Below are positions 10,511 through 49,206 of a stretch of DNA of 64,000 bases, piece after piece. Each line of letters begins with the position of its first letter. Position 1 is the stretch's first letter. The stretch comes from Macrostomum lignano. Its lineage: Eukaryota. The translations under genes were made by a program, and so were the position numbers. The notes under the pieces were generated by a model, which was given only the letters and a program-made list of their open reading frames with translations, did not search any database and was not told the origin of the DNA. The stretch spans positions 124,001 through 188,000 of the forward strand of contig NIVC01000782.1 of assembly GCA_002269645.1 (NCBI GenBank). The letters run 5' to 3'.

Positions 10511-12824
10511 AGCTATTGCTTGGACCTGGCTTTTTTGGCTTGGTTTAATTTATTCTGCGGCTCGTTGATTTGATTTTACACGCTTGTCTCCTTCCTCCCT
10601 CTTTCTGTTGGTGTTGGGGTTCGTTTTCCCTTTCTGGGCCGCGTCTGCCGGTCTTTTGCGCCACTTGCTTTTATTCTGCGTTAGTCTTTTGGGGTTTAAA
10701 TAAGTACGATTTAGGTGACCATTTAAAATAACTTTTTTAGATAGATGTTCACTTTCGCAAGCTGTGACAGTACAGCTCAGTGTTTATGTGACGAAGTTCT
10801 AGCTCGTAATTTAGATTCTATTTTTAGCTCACTTCAATAGCAAGTGCTTCCTGCAGTGCTGCATAAGACGCATAACGTACGCTTGTGCATTTTAATGGCT
10901 CTGTTCCTACCTTACATCTTGTAGCGATTTGTTAATCAGCAGCGGCTAGAGCGGAACCTTGAAGTATCTCCATCAGTCTTGCGCTTCGGTTGGGTCAGTT
11001 CACGGGTTTCAAAATTATTTGAACTGTCTAGACTATTTATCTTTGTGCTAGATTAGGGCGAATTTCGTTTTTGCAAAAATAGACTGAATGTATTTATTTA
11101 TAGTTGTGAAGTGCAAGTTGCTCAACACCTACTAAAGCGTACTTGCCTTTTTTAACACGAAGGTATGAACATTTTTTTACTTCAGCAGATGCTGTGTGCA
11201 ACCTGATACGAGTTCTACAAATAGAAAAAAAAATGTCTTTCGGTTTTCGTTTTCATTATAAAAAGTTAACGGTTGAGAATTAACCGTTCGTTAGAAATAG
11301 AAATCTACATTTATTTTTAGAAAAAAATATTTTACAGAATCGCAAAAATAGACGCGAGAATAATGCTCAAGTGTCTAAAAGGGAGAAGCAATAATGAGTT
11401 GAAGGCTAGCGCCAGAATATGGCGATGCTGATAATTTTTTGCTACATTCATTGTCACGTTGGATCCTTTACATGTACCTGCAATGCCATTTTCAAGTTGT
11501 GTTTATTGCTTTTGTCATATTGCAGCGTGAAGATGCTTGACAATCAACTGGTTGTAATGAACTACGCTCGTATTGTAGAGACTATTAAAAATAAGATTTA
11601 GGTTAGGTTGGGTTAAGAAATTGTGAAAATTGCAGTGGTGTGGTATCAGAGCGTGGTGGAGTGCAGCAGTTGTGAACAGCTGCCCTCTTACGAGTGCAAA
11701 AAGCCACAAGTGCTTGCTGGCGGAGTGCACGCTGCCCTGAAAGTCTGTCTCAACTTCCAAGGCTATTTATGTATTTTATGTGGGGCAGGGATTCAAGTGA
11801 TGTACATCTAATACCAAGTAACTTCCGATGACGCACGAGAGAGAAGGGTCCGTGGGAATCGACCAGAATTGCGAGTTTGGAAATCATCGCATTATCCGGT
11901 TTTGTGAACATTTTGAATCAGCTGCATGAAGGAAAATTTATTAAAAATACGCTAATCGTTACTAATTTTAAGAGCCTGACGATGCCTGACGCGAGGCGAA
12001 ACATGTCGCATAAAAAATGATAGCGCTCACCTTCTTAATTCTAATTACGAAATAAACATACATAAAAGGCTAATGAGGAATAAAATTAATTTTCGCCGTG
12101 ACGAGATTTAAATTTTAAAAACTTTGTTTGGTGATAAAAACGTTTGGTGCCCACTAGACAATTTCTCTTTTCAAAATTCTAGAGAGAAATGAATAAAGAG
12201 AACCCCGAGGGAGACGCAGCTTTCACGCTGCGTACGCTCGTACCTATAGGAGCTAAAAATAGCCACAGAAAAAGATGTGTACAACGAGCGTACGAGTTTA
12301 ATTGAAGAGCTGGGGCAATTCCACGGTTTTTCCGGCGTGCCATATGCCTAATTACTTTTCAGAGTGCACACAACGACAGCCCCAGTTTGCTTATTTAGTG
12401 TCTAATCTGAGTCTGAAGACATTCATTGTATTTAAAGCATTTCTAAACATGCTGCTCACAGCAAGTACTCATATTCATACGTAGCTGTCACCTCATTCCA
12501 TCAGTTTCAAATAACAAACTGCAGCCAACGCCACCAAATGCTGTTTTCTTGTCGATTCTGAAGACTCAAACGGAGCACCTTCAGTTTATTTAAAACAATT
12601 GAAACATTTCGACAGAGCATTCAACTGAGGATGAAGCAGATCGCAAATGCAGCCTGAATACCTGACAGTAGTATGCAAAGGATATTATTATTATTATTGA
12701 TAGAAATGGCACATTTAACATTGCAATCGCATTCGCCTATTAGAATAGACGCAATCAGGCTTTGAGTCCGGGCCGATATGTATCGAAAAGGCCCAGCATG
12801 CAGTGAGAATTGCAGCCTGAGTGA

Positions 12825-13035
<211 letters not shown>

Positions 13036-13069
13036 CTGTGGGGGGAGCGGCGACTGCGGTTTGTTGGTG

Positions 13070-13600
13070 CTGTGGTGTCACTCTGGGTGTCACTTTGGGT
13101 GTCACTCTGTGTGTCACTCTGTATCACTCTGGGTAGCTGCGGCACTCTGTGTCACTCTGGGTAGCTGTGGCACTCTGTGTGTCACTCTGGGTGTCACTCT
13201 GTGTGTCACTCTGGGTGTCCCTCTAAGTGTCACTCTAGATGTCACTCTGTGTGAAACTCTGTGTGTCACTCTGTGTGCCACAGAGTGTCTCTCTGTGTGT
13301 CACTCTGGGTAGCTGCGGCACTCTGTGTGTCACTCTGTGTGTCACTCTGGGTAGGCGCGGCACTCTGTGTCCCTCTGTGTGTAACCTTGTGTCACTGTGT
13401 GTCACTTTGTGTCACTGTGTGTCACTCTGGGTACTGTAGCTGCTGCACTCTATGTGTTACTCTGGGTAGCTGTGGCACCCTGTGTGTCACTCTGCGTAGC
13501 TGTGGCACCCTGTGTGTCACTCTGCGTAGCTGTGGCACCCTGTGTGTCACTCTGCGTAGCTGTGGCACTCTTATCACTTAAGTTACTCCGGGTAGCTGTT
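13070..13600. repeat. GTCACTCT-core minisatellite
   Basis: Variable units GTCACTCTGTGT / GTCACTCTGGGTAGCTGCGGCACTCTGTGT. Confidence 0.9.
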
Positions 13601-13754
13601 TAGTGTGGGGGTGTCGCTCTTAGCTCCTAAAATCCTAAAGGAGAAAACCTAACTCCCAACTCCTAAAAAATTTAGTCACTCCTAAAATTCCTAATTTGTC
13701 AATTTAGGGTGTAAATCTCAGTTGCTTTGAGTGTCACATAATGTGTACGCACTC

Positions 13755-14372
13755 CAGGTGTCACTCTCATCGCTCACAGGCACTCCAGCTGTCATTCTCA
13801 TCACTCACAGGCACTCCAGCTGACACTCTCATCACTGACAAGCACTCCAGCTGTCACTCTCATCACTGACAAGCACTCCAGCTCTCACTCTCATCACTGA
13901 CAAGCACTCAGATGTCACTCTCATCACTCACAGGCACTCCAGCTGTCACTCTCATCACTCACAGGCACTCCAGCTGTCACTCTCATCACTCACAGGTACT
14001 CCAGCTCTCACTCTCATCACTCATAGGCACTCCAGCTGTCACTCTCATCGCTTACAGGCACTCCAGCTGTCACTGTCATCACTGACAAGTACTCCAGCTC
14101 TCACTCTCAGTCTCATCACTGACGGGCACTCCAGATGTCACTCTCATCACTGACGGGCACTCCAGATGTCACTCTCATCACTCACAGGCACTCCAGATGT
14201 CACTCTCATCACTCACAGGCACCCCAGATGTCACTCTCATCACTCACAGGCACCCCAGATGTCACTCTCATCACTCACAGGCACTCCAGATGTCACTCTC
14301 ATCACTCACAGGCACTCCAGATGTCACTCTCATCACTCACAGGCACTCCAGATGTCACTCTCATCACTCACA
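13755..14372. repeat. 31-bp satellite (GATGTCACTCTCATCACTCACAGGCACTCCA)n
   Basis: About 20 units; same family as 22400-22875. Confidence 0.92.
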
Positions 14373-14981
14373 GTATGAGATGAGCGCTCCGTCGGACTGT
14401 ACAATCTACTGTTAATTTATATACATTTCTGACTTTTATCGACCCGTTCTTTGTCTTAATTGTTAAATAAAAATGAACAAATAAATCGTTACTAATTTTA
14501 AGAGCCTGACGATGCCTGACGCGAGGCGAAACATGTCGCATAAAAAATGATAGCGCTCACCTTCTTAATTCTAATTACGAAATAAACATACATAAAAGGC
14601 TAATGAGGAATAAAATTAATTTTCGCCGTGACGAGATTTAAATTTTAAAAACTTTGTTTGGTGATAAAAACGTTTGGTGCCCACTAGACAATTTCTCTTT
14701 TCAAAATTCTAGAGAGAAATGAATAAAGAGAACCCCGAGGGAGACGCAGCTTTCACGCTGCGTACGCTCGTACCTATAGGAGCTAAAAATAGCCACAGAA
14801 AAAGATGTGTACAACGAGCGTACGAGTTTAATTGAAGAGCTGGGGCAATTCCACGGTTTTTCCGGCGTGCCATATGCCTAATTACTTTTCAGAGTGCACA
14901 CAACGACAGCCCCAGTTTGCTTATTTAGTGTCTAATCTGAGTCTGAAGACATTCATTGTATTTAAAGCATTTCTAAACATG

Positions 14982-16508
14982 TGTTGTACTCGCGGGCTGC
15001 GATCTCGTCTAGCCCGGTCGTTTTGTTTTCCCCGGGTAGCGGGTTCGGTGCGGGACTGCCCCGGGCGCGCAGCGGAGGGATGGACAGAGGACGAACGACT
15101 GGCGCTCCTCGAGGCGGATTGCCACTCCGAGGGGAAGAGGAAGAGATGCGACCCGGGGCGCACAGGCACTCCTCGGTCACGGAAGGCTCGGGGTACTTCC
15201 GCGGTCAGCGGAGCGGATAGCCACTCAGAGCCGGCCCGGGAGTCACCGAGGTGAATGTGAAACGAGGTGAATGTGAAGGATTGGCCGGGGCGTACAGACA
15301 CTCCGGACCAATCAAGAGATACGAGGTGATGGATTAGCTGGGGCGTACAGACACTCCGGACCAATCAAGAGATACGAGGTGATGGATTAGCTGGGGCGTA
15401 CAGACACTCCGGACCAATCAAGAGATACGAGGTGATGGATTAGCTGGGGCGTACAGACACTCCGGACCAATCAAGAGATACGAGGTGAAGGATTGGCCGG
15501 GGCGTACAGACACTCCGGACCAATCAAGAGATACGAGGTGATGGATTAGCTGGGGCGTACAGACACTCCGGACCAATCAAGAGATACGAGGTGATGGATT
15601 AGCTGGGGCGTACAGACACTCCGGACCAATCAAGAGATACGAGGTGATGGATTAGCTGGGGCGTACAGACACTCCGGACCAATCAAGAGATACGAGGTGA
15701 TGGATTAGCTGGGGCGTACAGACACTCCGGACCAATCAAGAGATACGAGGTGAAGGATTGGCCGGGGCGTACAGACACTCCGGACCAATCAAGAGATACG
15801 AGGTGAAGGATTAGCTGGGGCGTACAGACACTCCAAGCCAATCGAAGAGTGCAGGTGAGCAAGGGGGTGAGTAGGTTAAGCGATGAGGCGGCGAGGATGG
15901 AGGGAAGACACGTGCAGAGAGCCCCAAAAAACGCGAACGCAACCCGAATAAACGTAATTTAAGCTCACCGGGAGGGGTCAAACCGACTCATGCAACGCAG
16001 TTTATTTGGCCGTAGTAACTGTTCTGGCAGCTCGGAGACGGCGGGTGGCACGGATTAGCTTGCTACGAAGTGTTCCGATAGTTTACTGGGCTCGTGCAGT
16101 TTTGTACTTTTATGCTAGTTTTCTTACTCAGTTGCTGGTGTAGCTCTAACCGCAAAAACCAAGCAGCGTGCCACCGGCCGGCTCCAAGCCAGCTAATAAA
16201 TAGTATGCCAAAAAATGGGGGAGTGGGCCAAACCGGCCTGAGCGCAAATACTCACACAACAGAACCCCGCGAGCACCCCATCCTAGCCCAGCCAATCAAA
16301 GCACGTGCTGGGTAAGGCTTTACGAACGAGGGGGGGGGTAGAAAAGCGAGGGTCTGCCGCCCCAGCCAGCCAATCAGAGCACACGCCGGCTGCCTAAAAC
16401 CAAAGCCGGCTGAACCAACTCAAACCAGCTAGGCCGGCAGACCGGGCGGTTCGCATGCGACAAAAAAAACATGTTGATGAGAAGGTCATTGTGGCGCAGG
16501 CCACAACA
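14982..16508. mobile_element. Solo LTR (1527 bp), TGTTGT...ACAACA, 4-bp TSD CATG
   Basis: CATG at 14978-14981 and 16509-16512. The paralogous copy has the empty site CTAAACATGCTGCTCAC (CATG 12448-12451). TG..CA termini with a 6-bp inverted repeat; no coding sequence. Confidence 0.9.
15266..15849. repeat. 53-bp tandem array (11 units) inside the LTR with CCAAT and GGGGCG motifs
   Basis: GTACAGACACTCC recurs every 53 bp from 15292 to 15822. Confidence 0.95.
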
Positions 16509-16926
16509 CATGCTGCTCACAGCAAGTACTCATATTCATACATAGCTGTCACCTCATTTCATCAGTTTCAAAAAATTAAATGCAGCCAACGCCACCAAAT
16601 GCTGCTTTTTTGTCGATTCTGAAGACTCAAACGGAGCACCTTCAGTTTATTTAAAACAATTGAAACATTTCGCATTCAATATTCATTCAACTGAGAATGA
16701 ATGTTGAAAACATTCAAAACATTCAACTGAGAATGAAGCAGATCGCAAATGCAGCCTGAATGCCTGACAGTAGTATGCAAAGGCTATTATTATTATTATT
16801 GATAGAAATGGCACATTTAACATTGCAATCGCATTCACCTATTAGAATAGACGCAATCAGGCTTTGAGTCCGGGCCGATATGTATCGAAAAGGCCCAGCA
16901 TGCAGTGAGAATTGCAGCCTGAGTGA

Positions 16927-28403
<11,477 letters not shown>

Positions 28404-28569
28404 CTCGACAGGGGAGGCAGGAGTGACGAGAAGAAATGTGAAGAAAATTGAGACTTCGCGGTTATACCTGACAAGTTCCATAGAGAAAACTTGTAGCCAT
28501 GTCTGGCAAAATAAATTTAAAGTTATATTCATATTTGAGTAATTTTTATCTCAGCGCTTTGCCGCGTTT

Positions 28570-28935
28570 TCTGGGAAATTCCCCTTGAACCTCAAAGGTC
28601 ATATCTGAGAAATTCCCCTGAACCTCATGGCCATACCTAAGAAATTCTCCTGAACCTCATGGCCATACCTGAGAAATTTCCCCTGAACCTCATGGCCATA
28701 CCTAAGAAATTTCCCCTGAACCTCATGGCCATACCTAAGAAATTTCCCCTGAACCTCATGGCCATACCTGAGAAATTCCCCCTGAACCTCATGGCCTTAT
28801 TTGAGAAATTCCCTTTGAACCGCATGGCTAGAGCTGAAAATTCCCCTGAACCTCATGACCATACCTGAGAAATTCCACTGAACCTCATGGCCATATCTGA
28901 GAAATTCCCCTTGAACCTTATGGCTATATTTGAGA
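28570..28935. repeat. 33-bp minisatellite (CTGAGAAATTCCCCCTGAACCTCATGGCCATAC)
   Basis: Direct reading; upstream of the NSD start. Confidence 0.9.
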
Positions 28936-29684
28936 AATCTGCTCCAGAGAATGCAGAACAATTTCAAATAACTGAGTGCTTGATCTCCAATATAAAAAAG
29001 CAGGAAATATTTTATAAGCGCCAAACAAGGGAAATGAAACTGCAATTACAATTAAAATATATTAATTATTAAACAATAATGCACTCGAGTAGTTAAACAA
29101 CAAACATAGCGGCATTAAAACACTGGGCCATTGAAACATGAACAAAGTAAGTTCAATAATAGCAAAATTGGCTTCAGAAAACAACAATAAAAGTTGGCCC
29201 ACAGCAAACATACTACTATAGTGGCTAAACAAAAGCAGTAGTGTCTATAGGCTACAGACATTTAATTTTTCATTATTATTGTTTTTTCAGTGCCGGTGCA
29301 ATGCTGATTTATAATTGTTTTACGATTAAAATGCTGAGCAAGTTTTTCCAATACCGGCTGGCGTGCACTACTGATAAGCGGACTGAATAAGTAGGCAGTA
29401 GCGAGTTTCAAACCGGATTTAAAATTGGAGTGTCAAAATGAATGTAGCAAAAGGCTGTACAAAACCAGAAATATGCGACAGGATATGTCAGACGATATGA
29501 TTTTCGAACTTTATGGAAGTTACTAATAATTATAAATTAGTAGGAACTCGGTTAGTGAACAATAATTTACAGTATATTAATAACAGAAATTAAAAAAATG
29601 AAGCTAATGAGTTGCTTCAATTTTGACACTGAGCAAGTTTTACGCAAGCAAGTGCTCACAATTATGGGATTGGTGAGGGGATTA

Positions 29685-30160
29685 AAACCATGAGAAACTG
29701 GGGGAATTCATGAGAAACTGGGGAATTCATGAGAAACTGGGGAATTCATGAAAAACTGGGGGAAATTCATGAGAAACATGGGGAATTCATGAGAAAAATT
29801 GGGGGAATTCATGAGAAACTGGGGAATTCATGAGAAAAATTGGGGGAATTCATGAGAAACTGGGGAATTCATGAAAAACTGGGGAATTCATGAGAAACGT
29901 TGGGGGAATTCATGAGAAACTGGGGAATTCATGAGAAACATGGGGGATTCATGAGAAACTGGGGAATTTATGAGAAACTGGGGAATTCATGAGAAACCGG
30001 GGAATTCATGAGAAACTGGGGAATTCATGAGAAACCGGGGAATTCATGAGAAACTGGGGGAAATTCATGAGAAACATGGGGAATTTATGAGAACTGGGGG
30101 AAATTCATGAGAAACATGGGGAATTTATGAGAACTGGGGGAAATTCATGAGAAACTGGGA
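29685..30160. repeat. 19-22-bp minisatellite (GGGAATTCATGAGAAACTG)
   Basis: Direct reading; in the Mi-2 3' region. Confidence 0.9.
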
Positions 30161-30270
30161 TTAAAGATAAAGTGCAACAATATGCATGGTTGGCTTAAGT
30201 TATGAGAACTGGCAGTATAATTTTAACACGGAAGTCTAATTAAAGTCGGGATTCGAACTCGCGACCTGTC

Positions 30271-44767
<14,497 letters not shown>

Positions 44768-44867
44768 GACAGCTCGGCTGAGTCAGCAGCGAAGTGATTG
44801 TTTGAGCTCGCACATGTATGCATTCATTACATTTTATGCTATGTATGTTATGTTATGCCCAACTAGG

Positions 44868-45130
44868 GCCAGATGTGCAACCGACAGCTCAGCTGCAGCT
44901 ATTGCACAGCGCATCTGAGAGCTGATTACGGCTGTTCAGTCCAAGGACTGGTGGGTCACCACACACACTCAATTACCCCAGCTAATGCTGGCACCCATTT
45001 TACAGCTGGGTGAACTGAAGCAATGCAGAGTTATTAGTGTCTTGCTCAAGGACAAAAATTGTCCCAGTGGGATTGGGAATTGAACCCCTGACCTATAAGT
45101 TGTAAGTCTGATACTCTAAAAATTAGGCTA
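44868..45130 (-). mobile_element. CORE-like SINE family 1, second and more decayed copy
   Basis: Homologous to 32080-32346; degenerate A/B boxes; (ACAT)-like tail at ~44815-44858. Confidence 0.8.
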
Positions 45131-46549
45131 TAACTCTCTTACAACTGAAAGGTTTAAATATTTAATTCTTAACCACAAAAACAATGTTTACTTGAGCAAG
45201 ATACTTAACTTTGCCTTGATTCAGTTCAATAATTATAAATTTGAGTAAGATGCTAAATTATTATTTTCTTTTTTTATAATTAATAAAATATGATAACACA
45301 TCTGCAACCATTTTACTTGAACTTAGGTGTTATTTATTTTTAAGCTAACTTGTTCTAATTTATTCTTGTAACAGTTTTATTCAATAAACTTTGTTTGGAA
45401 GGTACCAGCTAGCAATTGAAGCAAAAATAAATATACTCAAAATAATTTTGTTTAATACTAATTATATTCAATTAAATCTAATATTACTAATTTAATTATC
45501 AACATTTATTTGTATGCTTATTGCTAAGGTACCAAAAAGCAAACTAGGGTACCAAGTTGCTAGGCACCAAAAAGTATACCTATACTTTTAGCAAGCATGT
45601 GGCATAATAAAGGGCCTTATCAAAAACTACTCAAGATTGACTTAACTGTTAAAAATTTGTTAGGTCCCACTCCCACACTTTCAAATATATTGCACGGCAC
45701 ACTAGAAAAAATTACCCTAATAAAAACCATAACTTCAAGTTTATAGATGTTTTTTGCATTGCAACAATATTAAGATCTTTTTTTATATTACAACATCTTA
45801 GTCTTGTATGCCAATAGCTATGCTATAGCTTTGTCCCTTTGTGATGCAATTTGTTCTATATTCTAGATATTTTATATTAACCATTTTTTCATATCTATTG
45901 TATGCTAGAAGTTTTTGGCATATATATATAAGATTTAAGCATAGAGGTTAGGCCTCATGACTTGATTTAAGGTCTTAAGCATCTCTTAAGCTTAGCTTAA
46001 AAAGATCTAGGCCTTCTAGCATTAGTGCCAGGGTATAGCCTAACTTTTAGGGGGCTATAGAAAATCCTAGAGACATGTCCATGCCACACTCCAGATCATG
46101 TAATATATGCCCAAAAATTCAGGCATGAACTGGCCTTGCATGCCAAAATTAAGTGCGCACAATTGGCATGTCACTCCTAAGAAAAAAGTATGTGTGCACA
46201 CCTGGCATGTAATTTATAGAATCAGGCATAACAGTTTTTGGGAAGTAGAAAAAAACTGAAAAAAAAGTTAAATTTCAAGCTTTCCAGTTTTTTCAAGCTT
46301 GTAAGAAGCATTTAAACAAATCTTTGCATGTATTAATTTTCTGCTATAAATAGTATTGCCAAAAAAGCATAAAAATCAACTAAATTATATGCTGCTAAGG
46401 GTCTTATTATGCAATTTAAAGAAGGCCATTCATTGTCAAAAGCTAAAAAAGGTTATTTATTATTGCAACACCAGCATATTTTTGGGAATGGGTGTGCACT
46501 AATTTTTTTTTGGTATGCATCAAATATTCCCCATTTATACCAGTGCTAA

Positions 46550-47400
46550 GGCAAAAAATGCTGGCATTCCTTCAGTTTACGATCACCCCAAACAGTGACA
46601 ATCACCTCAAACAGTGACAATCACCACAAAAAATAGTTGTAAGACATAAAATCCATAGTTTCCAATGAAACAAAATCAAATGTTGGCAAACTGACTTTGT
46701 TTATTTCAAAAGATGGTAAGATTGTTGTAGCACCTTATATTTCACCTTCAGTTTATGATCACCTAAATGTATGCTACCCATTGAAATGATTGTAAAATGT
46801 AAACTGAAGCTAGCAATAGGAAAACCTGTCAAACTAATTTCAAGTATCAAGTTGCAAGTTTGAGCTACAGTAGCCTATATTTTTCACCTTTGGTTTATGA
46901 TCACCCAAGCATATGTTGCCCATTAAAATGATTGTGAACTGAAGCTAGCCATAAGAAAGTGCAGTACTAAGGGTTGGCATGCTTTCCTATAGCCAGCTTT
47001 GGTTTAAGATCATTTCAATGGAGTACATGTGTAGAAGTGATTGTAAACCAAAAGTGAGGGGGTGCAGCGCTGAAGATTAATTATACTAAGCTAGGGTTGA
47101 CATGGTTTCCTACAGCCAGCTTTGGATGATTGTAAACCAAAGGTGATCTATATAAGCTACTAGTGAACCAATGTACAATCTTTTCAATTTCAAATAAACA
47201 AAGTTAGTTGATCAGCCAACTTTTGCTTTCTTTTCATTTGAAACTACTATTGGTTTTTATGTCTTAGTTTTAAACATGCCATTTTTGTACTGTGGTAAGC
47301 AAAATATAAGGTGATTGTAAACCAAAGCTGGAAAAATAGGTGATCATAAATTGAAACTGGCAAAATAAACAATGATTATAAATCAAAAGACTGCCAAAAA
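46550..47400. mobile_element. Decayed ~850-bp palindromic (foldback/MITE-like) element
   Basis: 46640-46730 aligns with the reverse complement of 47175-47270. GATCACC motifs on the left mirror GGTGATTG/GGTGATC on the right. Confidence 0.62.
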
Positions 47401-47419
47401 TGCTTTTGTGCCACACTTA

Positions 47420-48150
47420 TCCCTATTGGAATAAGTTGACAAAATGTGGATGGCCATCCATTGCATTTTCAGATTCTCCTAGTGTCGCGTTGCGTGACAG
47501 TGGTGTCAAGTGGTGTGTTGCATCACGCGACACTGTGAAAACCTGGTGTCGTCATGTGTCGCATCGCGCAATGCGACAGTGTGGCAACTTGGTGGCTGGC
47601 GTCGTCATGTGTTGCATTGCGGCCTGGATCTGTAGCCAAAACCTCGCAAACTCTGTTTAATTGTAATATGTTCATGGTTGTTTCTAGGTATTTAAATGTT
47701 TTAAACATGTTTGATAATAACTAGTTCTTAAATTGTTCTTTTTTATTTTGACAGTAAAGTAACTGATACTTCAAATATAATTTTTAGAAATGTTACTTGT
47801 TAGTTACAATGTGTGCACTGTTTTTCTAAGTGTTGTACCTTTGTTGTTTTACTGTTTATTGTTTTTAAATTTCATTTCTTTTTCTGCAAAATTGAAAGGA
47901 ATACTCTTGTCCCTCGCCCCATGGTGGTCTCAATGTCGGGGGTGAATGGCAGAATGGGAATTGTCAATTGCATTGTGGCTACTATGGTGTCCTCCCCCCC
48001 CCTAGTCATTTGGTCAACAGATATTGGTGTTGCAATGCACATCGCCGCCCCCTAGTCAACAAAATTTGGTGTCACGTTGCACTTTTGAGGGCACAATTTT
48101 GGTACCCATGTTGCGCGTCCATAGGCTTTTGAAACTTATTCCAATAGGGA
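47420..48150. mobile_element. Non-autonomous TIR element, perfect 18-bp TIR TCCCTATTGGAATAAGTT
   Basis: 47420-47437 and AACTTATTCCAATAGGGA at 48133-48150; no coding capacity; TSD unclear. Confidence 0.7.
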
Positions 48151-48814
48151 CCTTAGTCCTTATTGACCCTGGCAAAATTTGTCATTATTGACTGAAAAAA
48201 AATATATATATACATGTACATATCTGGCAAACTTGTGAAACTCTTAATGGTTTATATGTGCTTAGCTTTTATTTGTTTAAAAACTTGCATGATTAAATTT
48301 AAAATATTGAATATAGACCCATTATACTTACAATAAAACAAAGTTATTGTATTTATTTTAAAAGCATAACAACTGACTTATCATTATATTAGGCAAACAT
48401 TAAATAGACATTAATTTAAACTTAGTTTAAACTTTAAACTTAGAAACAATATATCCCAAAAAAGTTGCTTACAAAATTCATATGCCAAAAAACTTGCACA
48501 ACTTAAGGCTTTAAGCTATGGGACCTACCTAGGCAGGATAAAAAAATTGTGCAAAAAAGTGCACAATGTTTTGTACCAAAATAACCATGCAAAGATTCTA
48601 TTAGTGGCTTAATAGTAGAACTAGCATATACATACAAGGATAGTATTCAAATATTATTTTAAATTGGATAGGCCTAGCTCAAGAATGAGAAGTCTAGAGA
48701 CTATAGGAGTACAGTGTTGTACATTTAGGCTAGTGGCCTAAGACTATTTACTATTCCTAGGCCGGCCTACCAAACTAATGTTTTAACTGGGGCTGGTTTA
48801 TTAGGCCTAGCTAG

Positions 48815-49206
48815 TAGAGGTCGGACAGGATCCTGATCCCAATCCTGAAATTTTGGGATCCCAAAGAAAATTGAATTTCCGCGGGACCAGAATCCCAACC
48901 CTAATAAACTCGAGATTCGGGAATAGGTCTTTTGATTAAAAATTTATAGAAGTACCCTAGTGATTACTTGAAGGTATTTTGCTTTAACTTATACTCGTTA
49001 CATTATTTACTTTGTTGGTTACAAAACTTCATATCAATTTTGTTGTGTTTTACTTCTTGATTTTGACAATATTTTCTCAATTTTGTTTAACTTTACATGG
49101 ACAATACACTGAAAGACCTGATCCCGATTCTTAAATCCTGATCCTGAGAAAAAAATTATTTCCAATCCCAATCCTGCCCAAAGATTTCAATCCTGTCCGA
49201 CCTCTA
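48815..49206. mobile_element. MITE with TAGAGGTCGGACAGGAT TIRs (hAT-like termini)
   Basis: Perfect inverted match of 17 bp (21 bp including the flanking CTAG). Internal ATCC(T/C)GA motifs. The 8-bp flanks match only in the first 4 nt. Confidence 0.75.

Larger units (their letters stand above)
6986..10700 (+). mobile_element. DIRS/Ngaro-type retroelement lacking a tyrosine recombinase ORF; termini tentative
   Basis: GC-rich island in AT-rich DNA with a gag-like ORF1 and a DIRS-type RT-RNaseH ORF2. Bounded by a 10-bp inverted repeat TTTAAACCCC (6986-6995) / GGGGTTTAAA (10691-10700). Confidence 0.72.

Noticed and set aside
11419-11811. Short ORFs, including a Cys-containing 62-aa frame
   Set aside because: No recognisable domain and no consistent splice chain could be built.
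15266-15849. CRISPR-like regular repeats (also the 37-bp and 58-bp arrays)
   Set aside because: Head-to-tail units with no unique spacers, no cas genes, eukaryotic context.
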